From Symbiobacterium thermophilum (lineage in GTDB: Bacteria > Bacillota > Sulfobacillia > DYFQ01), in the NCBI GenBank assembly GCA_020725105.1, contig DYFQ01000003.1, positions 12,136 through 76,135 on the forward strand: a DNA stretch of 64,000 nt, given 5' to 3'. Below the pieces are notes generated by a model. That model was not told the origin of the DNA and ran no database searches. It worked only from the letters and a program-made list of their open reading frames with translations. The position numbers were made by a program, and so were the translations under genes. Below, one piece after another: positions 16,136 to 24,548 of this stretch (position 1 is the first letter of the stretch; every line of letters starts with the position of its first letter).

Positions 16136-16148
16136 GGCCTCGCCCCCC

Positions 16149-16676
16149 TCAGGCCCGGGTATCCATCCGCCGGGACCGTTCCCCGGCCGGCTCGCCCGCC
16201 AGGCGGCCGTCGCTGGCGTAGGCGGCCGCCCGCTCCTGGGCCTGGCGCAAGAGGTTGAAGCTCCAGTTGATGAACTCGAGGGAAGCGTGGATCAGGTCGG
16301 TGTTGGCCCGGTTGAGGGCCCGGAGCCGCTCGACGACCCGGCTGATGGACTCGTCGAGCCGCCGGTAGGTGCCACGAAAAGGCTCCTCGACGCCCTCCGA
16401 CAGCACCCTGAGGGGCGGGTCGTCGGCCTGGAGCCCCAGGGTGGCGGCGATCTCCCGGGTGACCCGCGCCCGGACGCCTTCCAGCCGGGCGGCCCGCCAG
16501 AGGAGAACCTCCTCGCTCTGGACGATGCGGTCCAGGTCGCCGATCTGCCCGCCCACCAGGACCTCCCGCTTGCGCCGGGCCAGGTCCAGCAGGGCGTCAT
16601 ACAGTTCCGCCTGCTGCTCGAGAACGTCTTCCAGGCGGGAAAGTAGTTCCAACGCGCTCCCTCCCTGGGCGCTCAA
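16149..16676 (-). CDS. flgN: Export chaperone FlgN
   Basis: Helical, LN..N..LI motif; lies between flgM and flgK. Confidence 0.85.
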   Translation of the reverse strand: MSAQGGSALELLSRLEDVLEQQAELYDALLDLARRKREVLVGGQIGDLDRIVQSEEVLLWRAARLEGVRARVTREIAATLGLQADDPPLRVLSEGVEEPFRGTYRRLDESISRVVERLRALNRANTDLIHASLEFINWSFNLLRQAQERAAAYASDGRLAGEPAGERSRRMDTRA

Positions 16677-16713
16677 CGCCGGCCGGGGCCGGCGACCATC
16701 CCTGGCCGGGCGG

Positions 16714-17028
16714 CTACCCGGACCGCTCCGCCTCGATCAGGCTCAGGATCCGCTCGGCCACCTCGGAAGCTTCCACGCTGTACGTCCCCTCGCGAATGGC
16801 CCGGGCGATCTCGTCAACCCGTTCAGCCCTGACGTCAGGCAACTGGGCCACGACGTCCCGCAGGCGCGACAGTTCCCTCGCCCGGGCCGAAAGGTTGATC
16901 ACGTCGTGCCGCCTGGGGGCAGCAGCCCCCTCCGGCCGGCCGCGCGCTCCTTCGTCCTCTCTGACCTGCCGGGTCCGCTGGGCATACAGCCGGATGAGGT
17001 CCTGAATCTGCTTGTCGGAAATCCGCAC
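16714..17028 (-). CDS. flgM: Anti-sigma-28 factor FlgM
   Basis: DVINLS, PDVRAERVDEIARAIREGTYSV. Confidence 0.93.
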   Translation of the reverse strand: MRISDKQIQDLIRLYAQRTRQVREDEGARGRPEGAAAPRRHDVINLSARARELSRLRDVVAQLPDVRAERVDEIARAIREGTYSVEASEVAERILSLIEAERSG

Positions 17029-17052
17029 GATGGGGTAGCACCTCCGCCCCTA

Positions 17053-17080
17053 ATATCGTCCGGCCGGCCGGCCCCGTTTA
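17053..17080 (-). promoter_or_regulatory. Sigma-28 promoter for flgM-flgN-flgK
   Basis: TAAA-N16-GACGATAT. Confidence 0.8.
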
Positions 17081-17527
17081 GTGCCCTCGCACCGAGTCGG
17101 CCTCACGCTCCCGGCGCTCCAGGGCGGCCATCTTCCGCCGCCCGTCCTCCTCAGGCTCACCGGCACCGGCAGCAGGCTCCTCATGCCTGGCCTCTTCGTC
17201 GCCGGCTCCCGCCCGGCCGGAGATGGAGCTGAGGCACGCCGGGCAGAGCCTGCCGCTGAGGATCCGCTGCCCGCACCGCTGGCACTCCAGAACGATGGCC
17301 GACGACGGCGACAGTTGCAGGCGTCCCTGCCGCAAGAACCGGAGCACCCGCTCGGCGTCCAGGCCCGTCTCCCGGCACGCGTCCTCCACCGTGGCCCGGG
17401 GGTTGTCGGCCAGGAACTCCCGCAGCCGGTCGAAGGCCTCGTCGTCCTGCCGGATGCAGGCCGGGCACAGGTCGCGTCCGACGTAGGCGAAGACCCGCCC
17501 GCAGCGAGAACAGTTTCGCAGCTTCAC
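17078..17527 (-). CDS. YvyF-like flagellar operon zinc-ribbon protein
   Basis: MKLRNCSRCG...CPAC...GRL...CQRCG...GRLCPAC; true start is the GTG at 17527. Confidence 0.85.
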   Translation of the reverse strand: MKLRNCSRCGRVFAYVGRDLCPACIRQDDEAFDRLREFLADNPRATVEDACRETGLDAERVLRFLRQGRLQLSPSSAIVLECQRCGQRILSGRLCPACLSSISGRAGAGDEEARHEEPAAGAGEPEEDGRRKMAALERREREADSVRGH

Positions 17528-17618
17528 CCGCTTCCCCTCCCTTGCTGGCGCCCGGACCTTCCGGCCCCTCCGCCGGGCCGGGCGGGGCCGCCGCCGGGCT
17601 CGGCTCAAACCGGCCGCG

Positions 17619-18422
17619 CTACCGCCGGAGACCGTTGGCCAGTTCCAGCATGGCGTCGGCGGTCCGGACCGCCCTGGCCCCCAGTTGGTAGGCCCGCTGG
17701 GCCAGCAGCAGGTTGACCAGTTCGGCCGCCAGGTCCACGTTGGCCAGTTCCCGGTACCCCTGCCTGACCTGCCCGAAAGCGCCAGCCCCCGGTGTTCCCG
17801 TCTCCACCTGGCCCGCGGCGGCGGTGGGGGCGTACAGTCCCCCGCCCAGGTGCTCCAGGCCCGCCGGGTTGGGGAACCGCGCCAGGCTGACCGTCCCGAC
17901 AACCACCCGGTTTCCGTCGGCGCCGAGGGCGGAAACCTCCCCCCCCCGGCCGACGATGACGTCGGTGGCCCCCGCCGGCAGGGCCGCCGGCCGCAACTGG
18001 CCGCCTCCGTGCACCAGGAGAAACCCGCCCGCCGCGTTGACCAGCCGCCCCCGGCCGTCCGGGTTGAAGCTTCCGTCACGGGTGTAAGCCTCGCGGCCCC
18101 CGGGCAGCAGGACCCGGAAGTACCCCGGCCCTTCCAGGGCCAGGTCGTACGGGCTGTCCGTGGCCTGAAGCATGCCCTGGGCCGAAGTGGGCAGGATGGC
18201 GGCTATCCGCACTCCGGTCCCCGACCGCACCCACCCGGGCGGGACCGTGGGGCCGGCGGCCGGATAGGCCGGCATGGTCTCCTGGTACACCAGGTCCTGG
18301 AAGGCCACCCGCCCGGCCTTGAAGCCGGGAGTGTTCACGTTGGCCAGGTTGTGGGCGGTCGTGTCCACCGCCAGTTGCTGGGCCCGCATGGCCGATCCGG
18401 CCACCCAGAGCGAGCGGATCAT
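17619..18422 (-). CDS. flgG: Distal rod protein FlgG (FlhP-like)
   Basis: AHNLANVNTPGFK, DLALEGPGYF, YTRDGSF, AQRAYQ. Confidence 0.9.
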   Translation of the reverse strand: MIRSLWVAGSAMRAQQLAVDTTAHNLANVNTPGFKAGRVAFQDLVYQETMPAYPAAGPTVPPGWVRSGTGVRIAAILPTSAQGMLQATDSPYDLALEGPGYFRVLLPGGREAYTRDGSFNPDGRGRLVNAAGGFLLVHGGGQLRPAALPAGATDVIVGRGGEVSALGADGNRVVVGTVSLARFPNPAGLEHLGGGLYAPTAAAGQVETGTPGAGAFGQVRQGYRELANVDLAAELVNLLLAQRAYQLGARAVRTADAMLELANGLRR

Positions 18423-18447
18423 CGGGTCTCCCCCCTCCTCCCGGCGC

Positions 18448-19212
18448 CTACAACCGGGCTACCTCGTTGGCCGCCTTCTGCAGCACCTCGTCGGCCGCCT
18501 GAACCGCTTTCTGGCTGGCCTCGTAGGCCCTGAAGACGGCGATCATCCGGACCATCGCCTCCACCAGGTCCACGTTGGCCTGCTCCAGGTAACCCTGGCG
18601 AACTCGCGGCCCGGGCGCCCCGTCAGGCGCCGGCGGGCCGGCAAATAGCCCCTCCGCGTCCCGCTCGAGCACCGACGCGTCGTCGAAGACCGCCAGGGCC
18701 AGCCGGCCCCGGGCCCGGCCGCCGGCGGTCACCTCCCCGGCTTCGGACACCTCGAAGCTCCCGCCGCCGACCCGGACGGGCTGCCCGTCGCTACCCAGGA
18801 CCGGATGGCCCCGCCCGGTCACCAGCCGCCCCTGTCCGTCCACCGAGAAGCTCCCGTTTCTGGTGTATCGGACGCCGCGGGGCGTGGCGACGGCGAAGAA
18901 TCCGGGCCCCTCGAGGGCCAGGTCGCCCGGCTCCCCCGTCTGCCGAAGCGCCCCCTGCTCGAACACGACCGCCGACCGGTCCACCGCCGTCCCGAGCCCC
19001 AAGGGCCCCAGTGCTTCGCCGGCGGCCTGGGCGGGCAAGGGCAGGGTCGGGTCGCCCAGCCGGCTCAGGAGCACCTGGGGAAAGGCGCCCAGGATGACCT
19101 CCTGCCGCTTGTAGCCGGGGGTGTTCACGTTGGCCAGATCCTGGGCAATGCCGTCCTGGCGAGCCAGGCCGGCCAGCATGCCCGAGGCCGCCGTGTAGAG
19201 GCCGCGGATCAT
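18448..19212 (-). CDS. Rod protein, FlgF/FlhO-like
   Basis: MIRGLYTAASGM, LANVNTPGYK, YTRNGSF, QGYLEQANV. Confidence 0.9.
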   Translation of the reverse strand: MIRGLYTAASGMLAGLARQDGIAQDLANVNTPGYKRQEVILGAFPQVLLSRLGDPTLPLPAQAAGEALGPLGLGTAVDRSAVVFEQGALRQTGEPGDLALEGPGFFAVATPRGVRYTRNGSFSVDGQGRLVTGRGHPVLGSDGQPVRVGGGSFEVSEAGEVTAGGRARGRLALAVFDDASVLERDAEGLFAGPPAPDGAPGPRVRQGYLEQANVDLVEAMVRMIAVFRAYEASQKAVQAADEVLQKAANEVARL

Positions 19213-19739
19213 CCCGCCTCACCCGCCTTGCGCAGGGCCAGGATCAGCCGGATCTCCCCCTGGGACAGGCGGGTCCGGCGGGCGATCTCACCGGGAAGAT
19301 GACCGGCGTCCGCCAGGGACCACACCTCCCTGAACCGCTCGCGTCGCGCCGCCCGGGCCGGCGCTCCCGCCCCGCCCGCCACCGGGCCCACTGCCGGGGC
19401 GGGTCCCGCGGCCGCCCCGGCCGCGGCCAGCGGCACCGAAGTTCCCTGAGCTACGACGGTGGCCTGGTGCAGGGCGCGCAGGGTGTCGTCGGCCCTGGTC
19501 AAGAGCACCCGCAGTTCCCGGGCGCGCCGGTCCAGGTCCGCCGCCACCTCCTCAGACAGGAGGGTCAACTCCCGCACCAGGCCCTCACCGAGCTCCCGCC
19601 AGGGTTCCCCGCCGTCTGGCGCGACCCTCCGCGGTCTGTCTCTCCCCCGGACCGCCGGCCCGTCCCGGCGCCGCCGGAGACTCACCCTGGCGGCCGCCAG
19701 CAGCGCGGCGGCGGCGACGACCAGTCCCAGGTACCACAT
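19209..19739 (-). CDS. Membrane-anchored protein with a C-terminal HTH-like motif (SwrB/DUF6115-like)
   Basis: N-terminal TM, coiled coil, EIARRTRLSQGEIRLIL. Confidence 0.6.
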   Translation of the reverse strand: MWYLGLVVAAAALLAAARVSLRRRRDGPAVRGRDRPRRVAPDGGEPWRELGEGLVRELTLLSEEVAADLDRRARELRVLLTRADDTLRALHQATVVAQGTSVPLAAAGAAAGPAPAVGPVAGGAGAPARAARRERFREVWSLADAGHLPGEIARRTRLSQGEIRLILALRKAGEAG

Positions 19740-19772
19740 GCTCGCACCTCTTCCCTGAAGTGCCGGTTCCGC

Positions 19773-20093
19773 TCAGCCCAGCGTGATATCGATGACCGTG
19801 CCCCGCTGCGGGTCTCTGGCGGGGTGCAGTTCCCGCCCGCGCCGGTCCCTGCCCCTGGAGCGGCCGTCCGGGCGGCCCTTCTGCCTTTTCCCCTCCGGCC
19901 GCTCGCCCACCCGGGCCTCCTCGGCCTTGCCTGCTTCCTTGACCTCTTCCTGCTCCCGCCTGGCCCGGCGCTGCAGGGCCGCCGCGAACTGCTCCTGCTG
20001 TCGCTGGCCCTGCTGGTCCTCGACCTGCTTCACCCGGCTGACCTCCGTGGACTTGGGAATCAGGTGCTGCAGCTCGACGGGCCGGAAGCCCAT
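19773..20093 (-). CDS. Flagellar-operon hypothetical protein
   Basis: RPVELQ..IPKSTEVSR...GTVIDITL; tightly linked after the DUF342 gene. Confidence 0.65.
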   Translation of the reverse strand: MGFRPVELQHLIPKSTEVSRVKQVEDQQGQRQQEQFAAALQRRARREQEEVKEAGKAEEARVGERPEGKRQKGRPDGRSRGRDRRGRELHPARDPQRGTVIDITLG

Positions 20094-20120
20094 GCGGCCT
20101 GCCTCCCCTCCCGCGCCAGC

Positions 20121-21584
20121 TTACTGGTGAGGCCCGATGGCGACCTCTCCCTGTTGCGACAGATAGAGCGTGCAGGGCGGAAGCTCGTCCCTCACCAGCA
20201 TGACGGCCTGACCGATGATCACCCGCACCCCCGGGAAGATGGTTCCGGAGACCCGGAGCCGGCCCAGGGGCCGGGCCTTGATCTGTTCCTCGATGGCCTG
20301 ACGCTCCCGCACCAGCCTGGCCTGTTCCTGAAGCAGCCGGTAGTGGCTCCGGCTGAGCTTCAGGAGCATCTCCTGGCCGGCAGGGTGCCCGGGCTCCCCT
20401 GACTGCCTGACCCTGGCCAGGGCAAACGCCAGGCGCTCAATATTCTTTTCGGCGTCTTCGATGGCGCGCTGCACCGCGTGGAGCCGCTCCCGGAGCTCCA
20501 GGTCAATCCCGACCTCCACCTCGGTGTGGGTGCCCAGTGACGAGCCCAGCACCTTGCAGTGGACGTCCCCCTGGCAGCGGATGGCGCCGCCGACGATCAG
20601 GCCTTTCTTGCCGTTCACCACCACCCGGCCCCGGGCCACCACCTGGCTGTGCATGAAGGCCTCGCCGACCTCCACGTCGCCGCCCACCTGGACGGTGGCG
20701 TTCTCGATGAACTTGGCGATGAGGTTCCGGCCGGCCTCGACCCGCCCCTTGGACCGGCCCTGGATCCCGCTCTTGACCAGGATGTCGTGGCCGGCTACCA
20801 GGGTCGCCGAGTCCACCAGGCCGCCCACCTCGATGTCGGACTCCGCCTTGATGACGAAACCGTCCTGGACGTTGCCGCGCACCACCACGCTGCCCACGAA
20901 GTCGATGTTGCCGGTGGAGAAGTCGACGTGGCCCTTGACCTCGTGCACGGGGTAGACGCCCACCCGGTTCCTGGCCAGCAAGATCACCTGACCGGCCCGG
21001 GTGGCCACCAGCTGGGTCCCGTCGGCCGCAAGCTCCACGTTCTTGCCGGGAATCAGCGGCACGTCCCGGCCCGGCCGCTGGCGGATGGGCTCTCCGGTGA
21101 CCGCCACCCCGGGCTCGCCCTCGGTGGGCGGGTGCTTCACCACCAGGACCTGCCCGGGGCTGACGTTCTCGATGAGATTCAAATTGTAGAAATCCACCCG
21201 GCCGTCTTCCAGCTGCTGGGGCCGCCCGCGGTCCCCGTCGGCCCGGAACCCGTACTCGAGCCTGGCGTCCTCGCCGTTGGTCGGCTGCACGCCGCGGGCC
21301 ACGACCGCGGGCTCCGCCGGCTGTTCCGCCACGGCCCTGGCCAGGGCGTCGGGGTCGATGCCGAAGCTCACGCCCGCCTCGGCCAGGCTCCGCCGGGCCA
21401 GCTCCAGGTCGGCCGGTTTTCCCCCGGGCTCGGGAGGATAGATGGTCAGCGTCGCCGACAGCCGGTCGCTGGCCACCTTGACGGCGACTCTTCCGTCCAG
21501 GGGCTTCTTTTCCGGCACGGGCCCGGGCGCGGGGCCGGCCGCCGCCTGCTCGGTGGTGACCTCGGAAACAGGTTGTTCCGTCAT
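20121..21584 (-). CDS. FapA/DUF342 family flagellar assembly protein
   Basis: DGRVDFYNLNLIENV, VDFSTGNIDFVGSV, GTIFPGV. Confidence 0.9.
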   Translation of the reverse strand: MTEQPVSEVTTEQAAAGPAPGPVPEKKPLDGRVAVKVASDRLSATLTIYPPEPGGKPADLELARRSLAEAGVSFGIDPDALARAVAEQPAEPAVVARGVQPTNGEDARLEYGFRADGDRGRPQQLEDGRVDFYNLNLIENVSPGQVLVVKHPPTEGEPGVAVTGEPIRQRPGRDVPLIPGKNVELAADGTQLVATRAGQVILLARNRVGVYPVHEVKGHVDFSTGNIDFVGSVVVRGNVQDGFVIKAESDIEVGGLVDSATLVAGHDILVKSGIQGRSKGRVEAGRNLIAKFIENATVQVGGDVEVGEAFMHSQVVARGRVVVNGKKGLIVGGAIRCQGDVHCKVLGSSLGTHTEVEVGIDLELRERLHAVQRAIEDAEKNIERLAFALARVRQSGEPGHPAGQEMLLKLSRSHYRLLQEQARLVRERQAIEEQIKARPLGRLRVSGTIFPGVRVIIGQAVMLVRDELPPCTLYLSQQGEVAIGPHQ

Positions 21585-22366
21585 AGCAGGTCATCCCTAT
21601 CCCGGCCCAGCCAGGCGCGGAGCCTCAACAGCGCCTTCCCGTGAAGCTGTGAGATGCGGGACTGGCTGACGCCCAGCACCTGGCTGATTTCCTTTGCCGT
21701 GAGCCCCTCGTAGTAGTAAAGCGTGACGACCAGCCGTTCTTTCTCCGGTAGCCGTTCAATGGCTTCCGCCATCACCCGTTTCCGCTCTTGCCGGTGGGCG
21801 TAAAGCTCCGGGTTGGGCGAGGTCTTGTCCTCGATGGTCTCCACCGGCTGCAGGTTGTTCTCCGGGTTCTCGTCGCCGGGCCACAGGTCGTCCAGGGAGA
21901 CGATGGACAGCCGGTTCACCTCGCCCAGGAGGACGTAAAGCTCCGCCACGGCGATGCCCATGGCCCGGGCCACCTCCTCGTCGGTGACCAGGCGGCCCAG
22001 CCGTTGCTCAAGAGCCTGATATGTCCGCTCGAGTTCCTTGACCCGCCGCCGCACCGAATGGGGGATCCAGTCCGTGGCCCGGAGCCCGTCCAGGATGGCG
22101 CCCCTGATCCGGGAGATGGCATAGGTCTCGAACTTGACCCCCCGGCCTGGGTCGAACTTCTCGATGGCGTCCAGCAGCCCGAAGATGCCAAAGCTGATCA
22201 GGTCGTCCACCTCCACGTTGGGAGGGAGGCCGATGGCCATCCGCCCGGCCACGTACTTCACCAGGGGGGCGTGCTCCAGGATCAGCTGCTCCCTGGCCCT
22301 GGCGTCGCCGGTCTCCTTGTACCGCGTCCAGGCGTCGCGCTGCGCTCTGGCACCCAGGCTACTCAT
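21581..22366 (-). CDS. fliA: Flagellar sigma factor FliA/SigD
   Basis: PLVKYVAGR, DDLISFG..GLLDAIEKFD, RIRGAILDGLR, SQSRISQLH. Confidence 0.95.
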   Translation of the reverse strand: MSSLGARAQRDAWTRYKETGDARAREQLILEHAPLVKYVAGRMAIGLPPNVEVDDLISFGIFGLLDAIEKFDPGRGVKFETYAISRIRGAILDGLRATDWIPHSVRRRVKELERTYQALEQRLGRLVTDEEVARAMGIAVAELYVLLGEVNRLSIVSLDDLWPGDENPENNLQPVETIEDKTSPNPELYAHRQERKRVMAEAIERLPEKERLVVTLYYYEGLTAKEISQVLGVSQSRISQLHGKALLRLRAWLGRDRDDLL

Positions 22367-22419
22367 GCAAAGCCCTCCCACGTGGCGGCCGGCGACCGCC
22401 GTGCCGCCGCCTCAGGCCC

Positions 22420-22740
22420 TCAGCTCGCCGCCCGCCGGCCGGACCCCTCGCCTGCCACCGGCGGCGCCGGCTGGTCCCGGGCTGCTTCGCCGGAGCCGAC
22501 CACGAGGTTGATCCGCTGACCCCGCTGGACCGGTCGCCCGGCGGATCCGGTCTCCGGTGCCTCGGGAACCGAGGCGCTCAGGATGAACCCCAGCGCCCGC
22601 TCGACTCCCGCCCCCACGACCCAGAACACCAGGGCTGCCAGGAGGCCCCGGAGGGCCAGCCCGTGAGGGGTGACCCCTGCCAGCCAGGAACTCACCACCG
22701 TCACCAGGCAGGCGCTGCCGCCGAGCCCCCGGGCGACCAC
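22420..22740 (-). CDS. Small membrane hypothetical protein
   Basis: Two hydrophobic segments; tightly packed in the operon. Confidence 0.5.
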   Translation of the reverse strand: MVARGLGGSACLVTVVSSWLAGVTPHGLALRGLLAALVFWVVGAGVERALGFILSASVPEAPETGSAGRPVQRGQRINLVVGSGEAARDQPAPPVAGEGSGRRAAS

Positions 22741-22743
22741 CGG

Positions 22744-23439
22744 TTACAAAAGCCCCTTCTTTCGCAGTTCGCGCTGCTGCTGGAAGACGAAGTTCACCAG
22801 GTAGTGCTGCTCCTTGAGCTCAAGGCCCAGAAAGTTCACGCCCAGGGCCACCACGTCCGGCCCCAGTTCCGGGGGCGCCGGCTCTCGCCGGACCACCTCC
22901 CCCAGCGCCAGAAAGCACTCGCCCGGCCGGAGTTCGACCTCGAGTTCCACGATGGTGCCGCGGGGCAGCGGCGCGCTGGTCAGCACGTGGGCCCCGCCGG
23001 CGGAGACGTCGCGCGTGCGGCCGTGATGGCAGGCCAGCCCCTCTTCGGCAGCGGCCTCTTCGCCGGGCAGCGCCAGCACCCGGAGCCTGACCGGCAGGCT
23101 CAGGGCCAGACGGACAAACTCACGGCGCTGGATGCGAACCACTTGCTCCGGCCGCTCCAGCTCCAGCTGGGGCGCGGGACGCAGAATGCGTCCCCGCACC
23201 CGGGTGACAAACCGGTATAGCGCCGCGTCGTCAGCGTAGGCCACCTCCACCGGCGTTCCCCGCGGCAGGTCGACCAGCGCCCCCTCCGCCGTAGGGTGGG
23301 CCACGACGATGGCTTGCCGGTTCACGTCCTCGACCCGGCTGGCAAGGGACTGGCGCCGGCCGTCCCCTCCCACCGCCACGCGCAGTTGCAGCCGCTGGTT
23401 CACCAGGATGTCGCGAAAGGGGACGATCTCCCGGTTCAC
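22744..23439 (-). CDS. YcgR/MotI-like PilZ flagellar brake
   Basis: QRREFVR (RxxxR) and DVSAGG (DxSxxG) c-di-GMP motifs. Confidence 0.9.
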   Translation of the reverse strand: MNREIVPFRDILVNQRLQLRVAVGGDGRRQSLASRVEDVNRQAIVVAHPTAEGALVDLPRGTPVEVAYADDAALYRFVTRVRGRILRPAPQLELERPEQVVRIQRREFVRLALSLPVRLRVLALPGEEAAAEEGLACHHGRTRDVSAGGAHVLTSAPLPRGTIVELEVELRPGECFLALGEVVRREPAPPELGPDVVALGVNFLGLELKEQHYLVNFVFQQQRELRKKGLL

Positions 23440-24548
23440 CGTCCCGCGACCCCCTGAACCTCCCGGCTGCCGGCCTCCTGAGCCCCGGTGGCCGGAGCCG
23501 CGGCCGGCCACGCTGTTTCCCTGAGGCACCACCGAACCAGTTTTTCCCAGGAAAATACGGCCAGATCCTCGGGGACGTGCGGCCCGAGCGACCAGTAGCT
23601 GAAGGGAACCGCCACCCGGGCGCTCAGGTTGATCAGGTTGCCCCGGTAGGCGGCCTCATCCACCCGGGTGGGGACCAGGTCCGTGACCCCCAGGGGCTGG
23701 AACCTGGACACCGTGTGCGCGGCTTCGGCCACTCCGGTGGTGGCGGGCAGGCACAGCAGCACCCGGTGGGGCGCCAGCGACTCCGCCAGACCTCTCAGTT
23801 GAGCCAGGTGCATCAGGTTCCCGGGGTTCGCTCCGGGGCTGTCCACCAGCACCAGGTCGGCGGCGCCGGCCTGGCTCATCGCGGCGTCAAGCTCCCCGGC
23901 CGTGGCGGCATGGTACAGCGGGAGGTCCAGGATGCCGGCAAACGCTTCCAGCTGGGCGGCGGCCCCGGCCCGGACGCTGTCCGCGTTGACCAGGCTCACG
24001 CTGGCGCCCTGCAACAGGCTGAACTGGGCGGCCAGCTTGGCCACGAGGGTGGTCTTGCCGGAACCCGACGGGCCGGCCACCAGCACCACCGTGGGCCTGG
24101 CTTCCAGCCCTACCGGCCTCGGCCGGCCGGCCTCCCCCTCCAGGACCTCGGCGAGGGCCGAGGGCGCCAGGTCCGGCGAGACCTGGTTGCCGTGGCGGTC
24201 CGCCAGTGACGCGCCGAGCGCCCGGGCAAGAACCTCCTCCACGCCGTGGGCCACCAGGCGGCCCACGATGGTCTCCACCGCCAGGACCGGAGCGGGAGAG
24301 CGGTCCGCGTCCCCCGCCGCCGGGCGCGCCGGCCCGTGGGCCGGGCCGACAGCGGCCGGGTTCTGTGCCCGCCGCCCGGCTTCGGGCCGGTGCTCGGGCG
24401 CTGCCGCAACCTCTCCCCGGGCCGCGGTGACCTCAACGCCGCCCGGCCGGACGCTCGAGTTCAGGATCACCGCGTCCGGGCCGAGTTCGGCCCTGACCCG
24501 GGCCATGGCCTCGGCGACCGTTGGTGCCGCCACCTTCTTGATCCTCAT
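23436..24548 (-). CDS. flhF: SRP-type GTPase FlhF (divergent)
   Basis: MRIKKV.A..V.EAM..VR.ELGPDAVIL, GPSGSGKTT, DSPG, TRVDE, VPEDL. Confidence 0.9.
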   Translation of the reverse strand: MRIKKVAAPTVAEAMARVRAELGPDAVILNSSVRPGGVEVTAARGEVAAAPEHRPEAGRRAQNPAAVGPAHGPARPAAGDADRSPAPVLAVETIVGRLVAHGVEEVLARALGASLADRHGNQVSPDLAPSALAEVLEGEAGRPRPVGLEARPTVVLVAGPSGSGKTTLVAKLAAQFSLLQGASVSLVNADSVRAGAAAQLEAFAGILDLPLYHAATAGELDAAMSQAGAADLVLVDSPGANPGNLMHLAQLRGLAESLAPHRVLLCLPATTGVAEAAHTVSRFQPLGVTDLVPTRVDEAAYRGNLINLSARVAVPFSYWSLGPHVPEDLAVFSWEKLVRWCLRETAWPAAAPATGAQEAGSREVQGVAGR

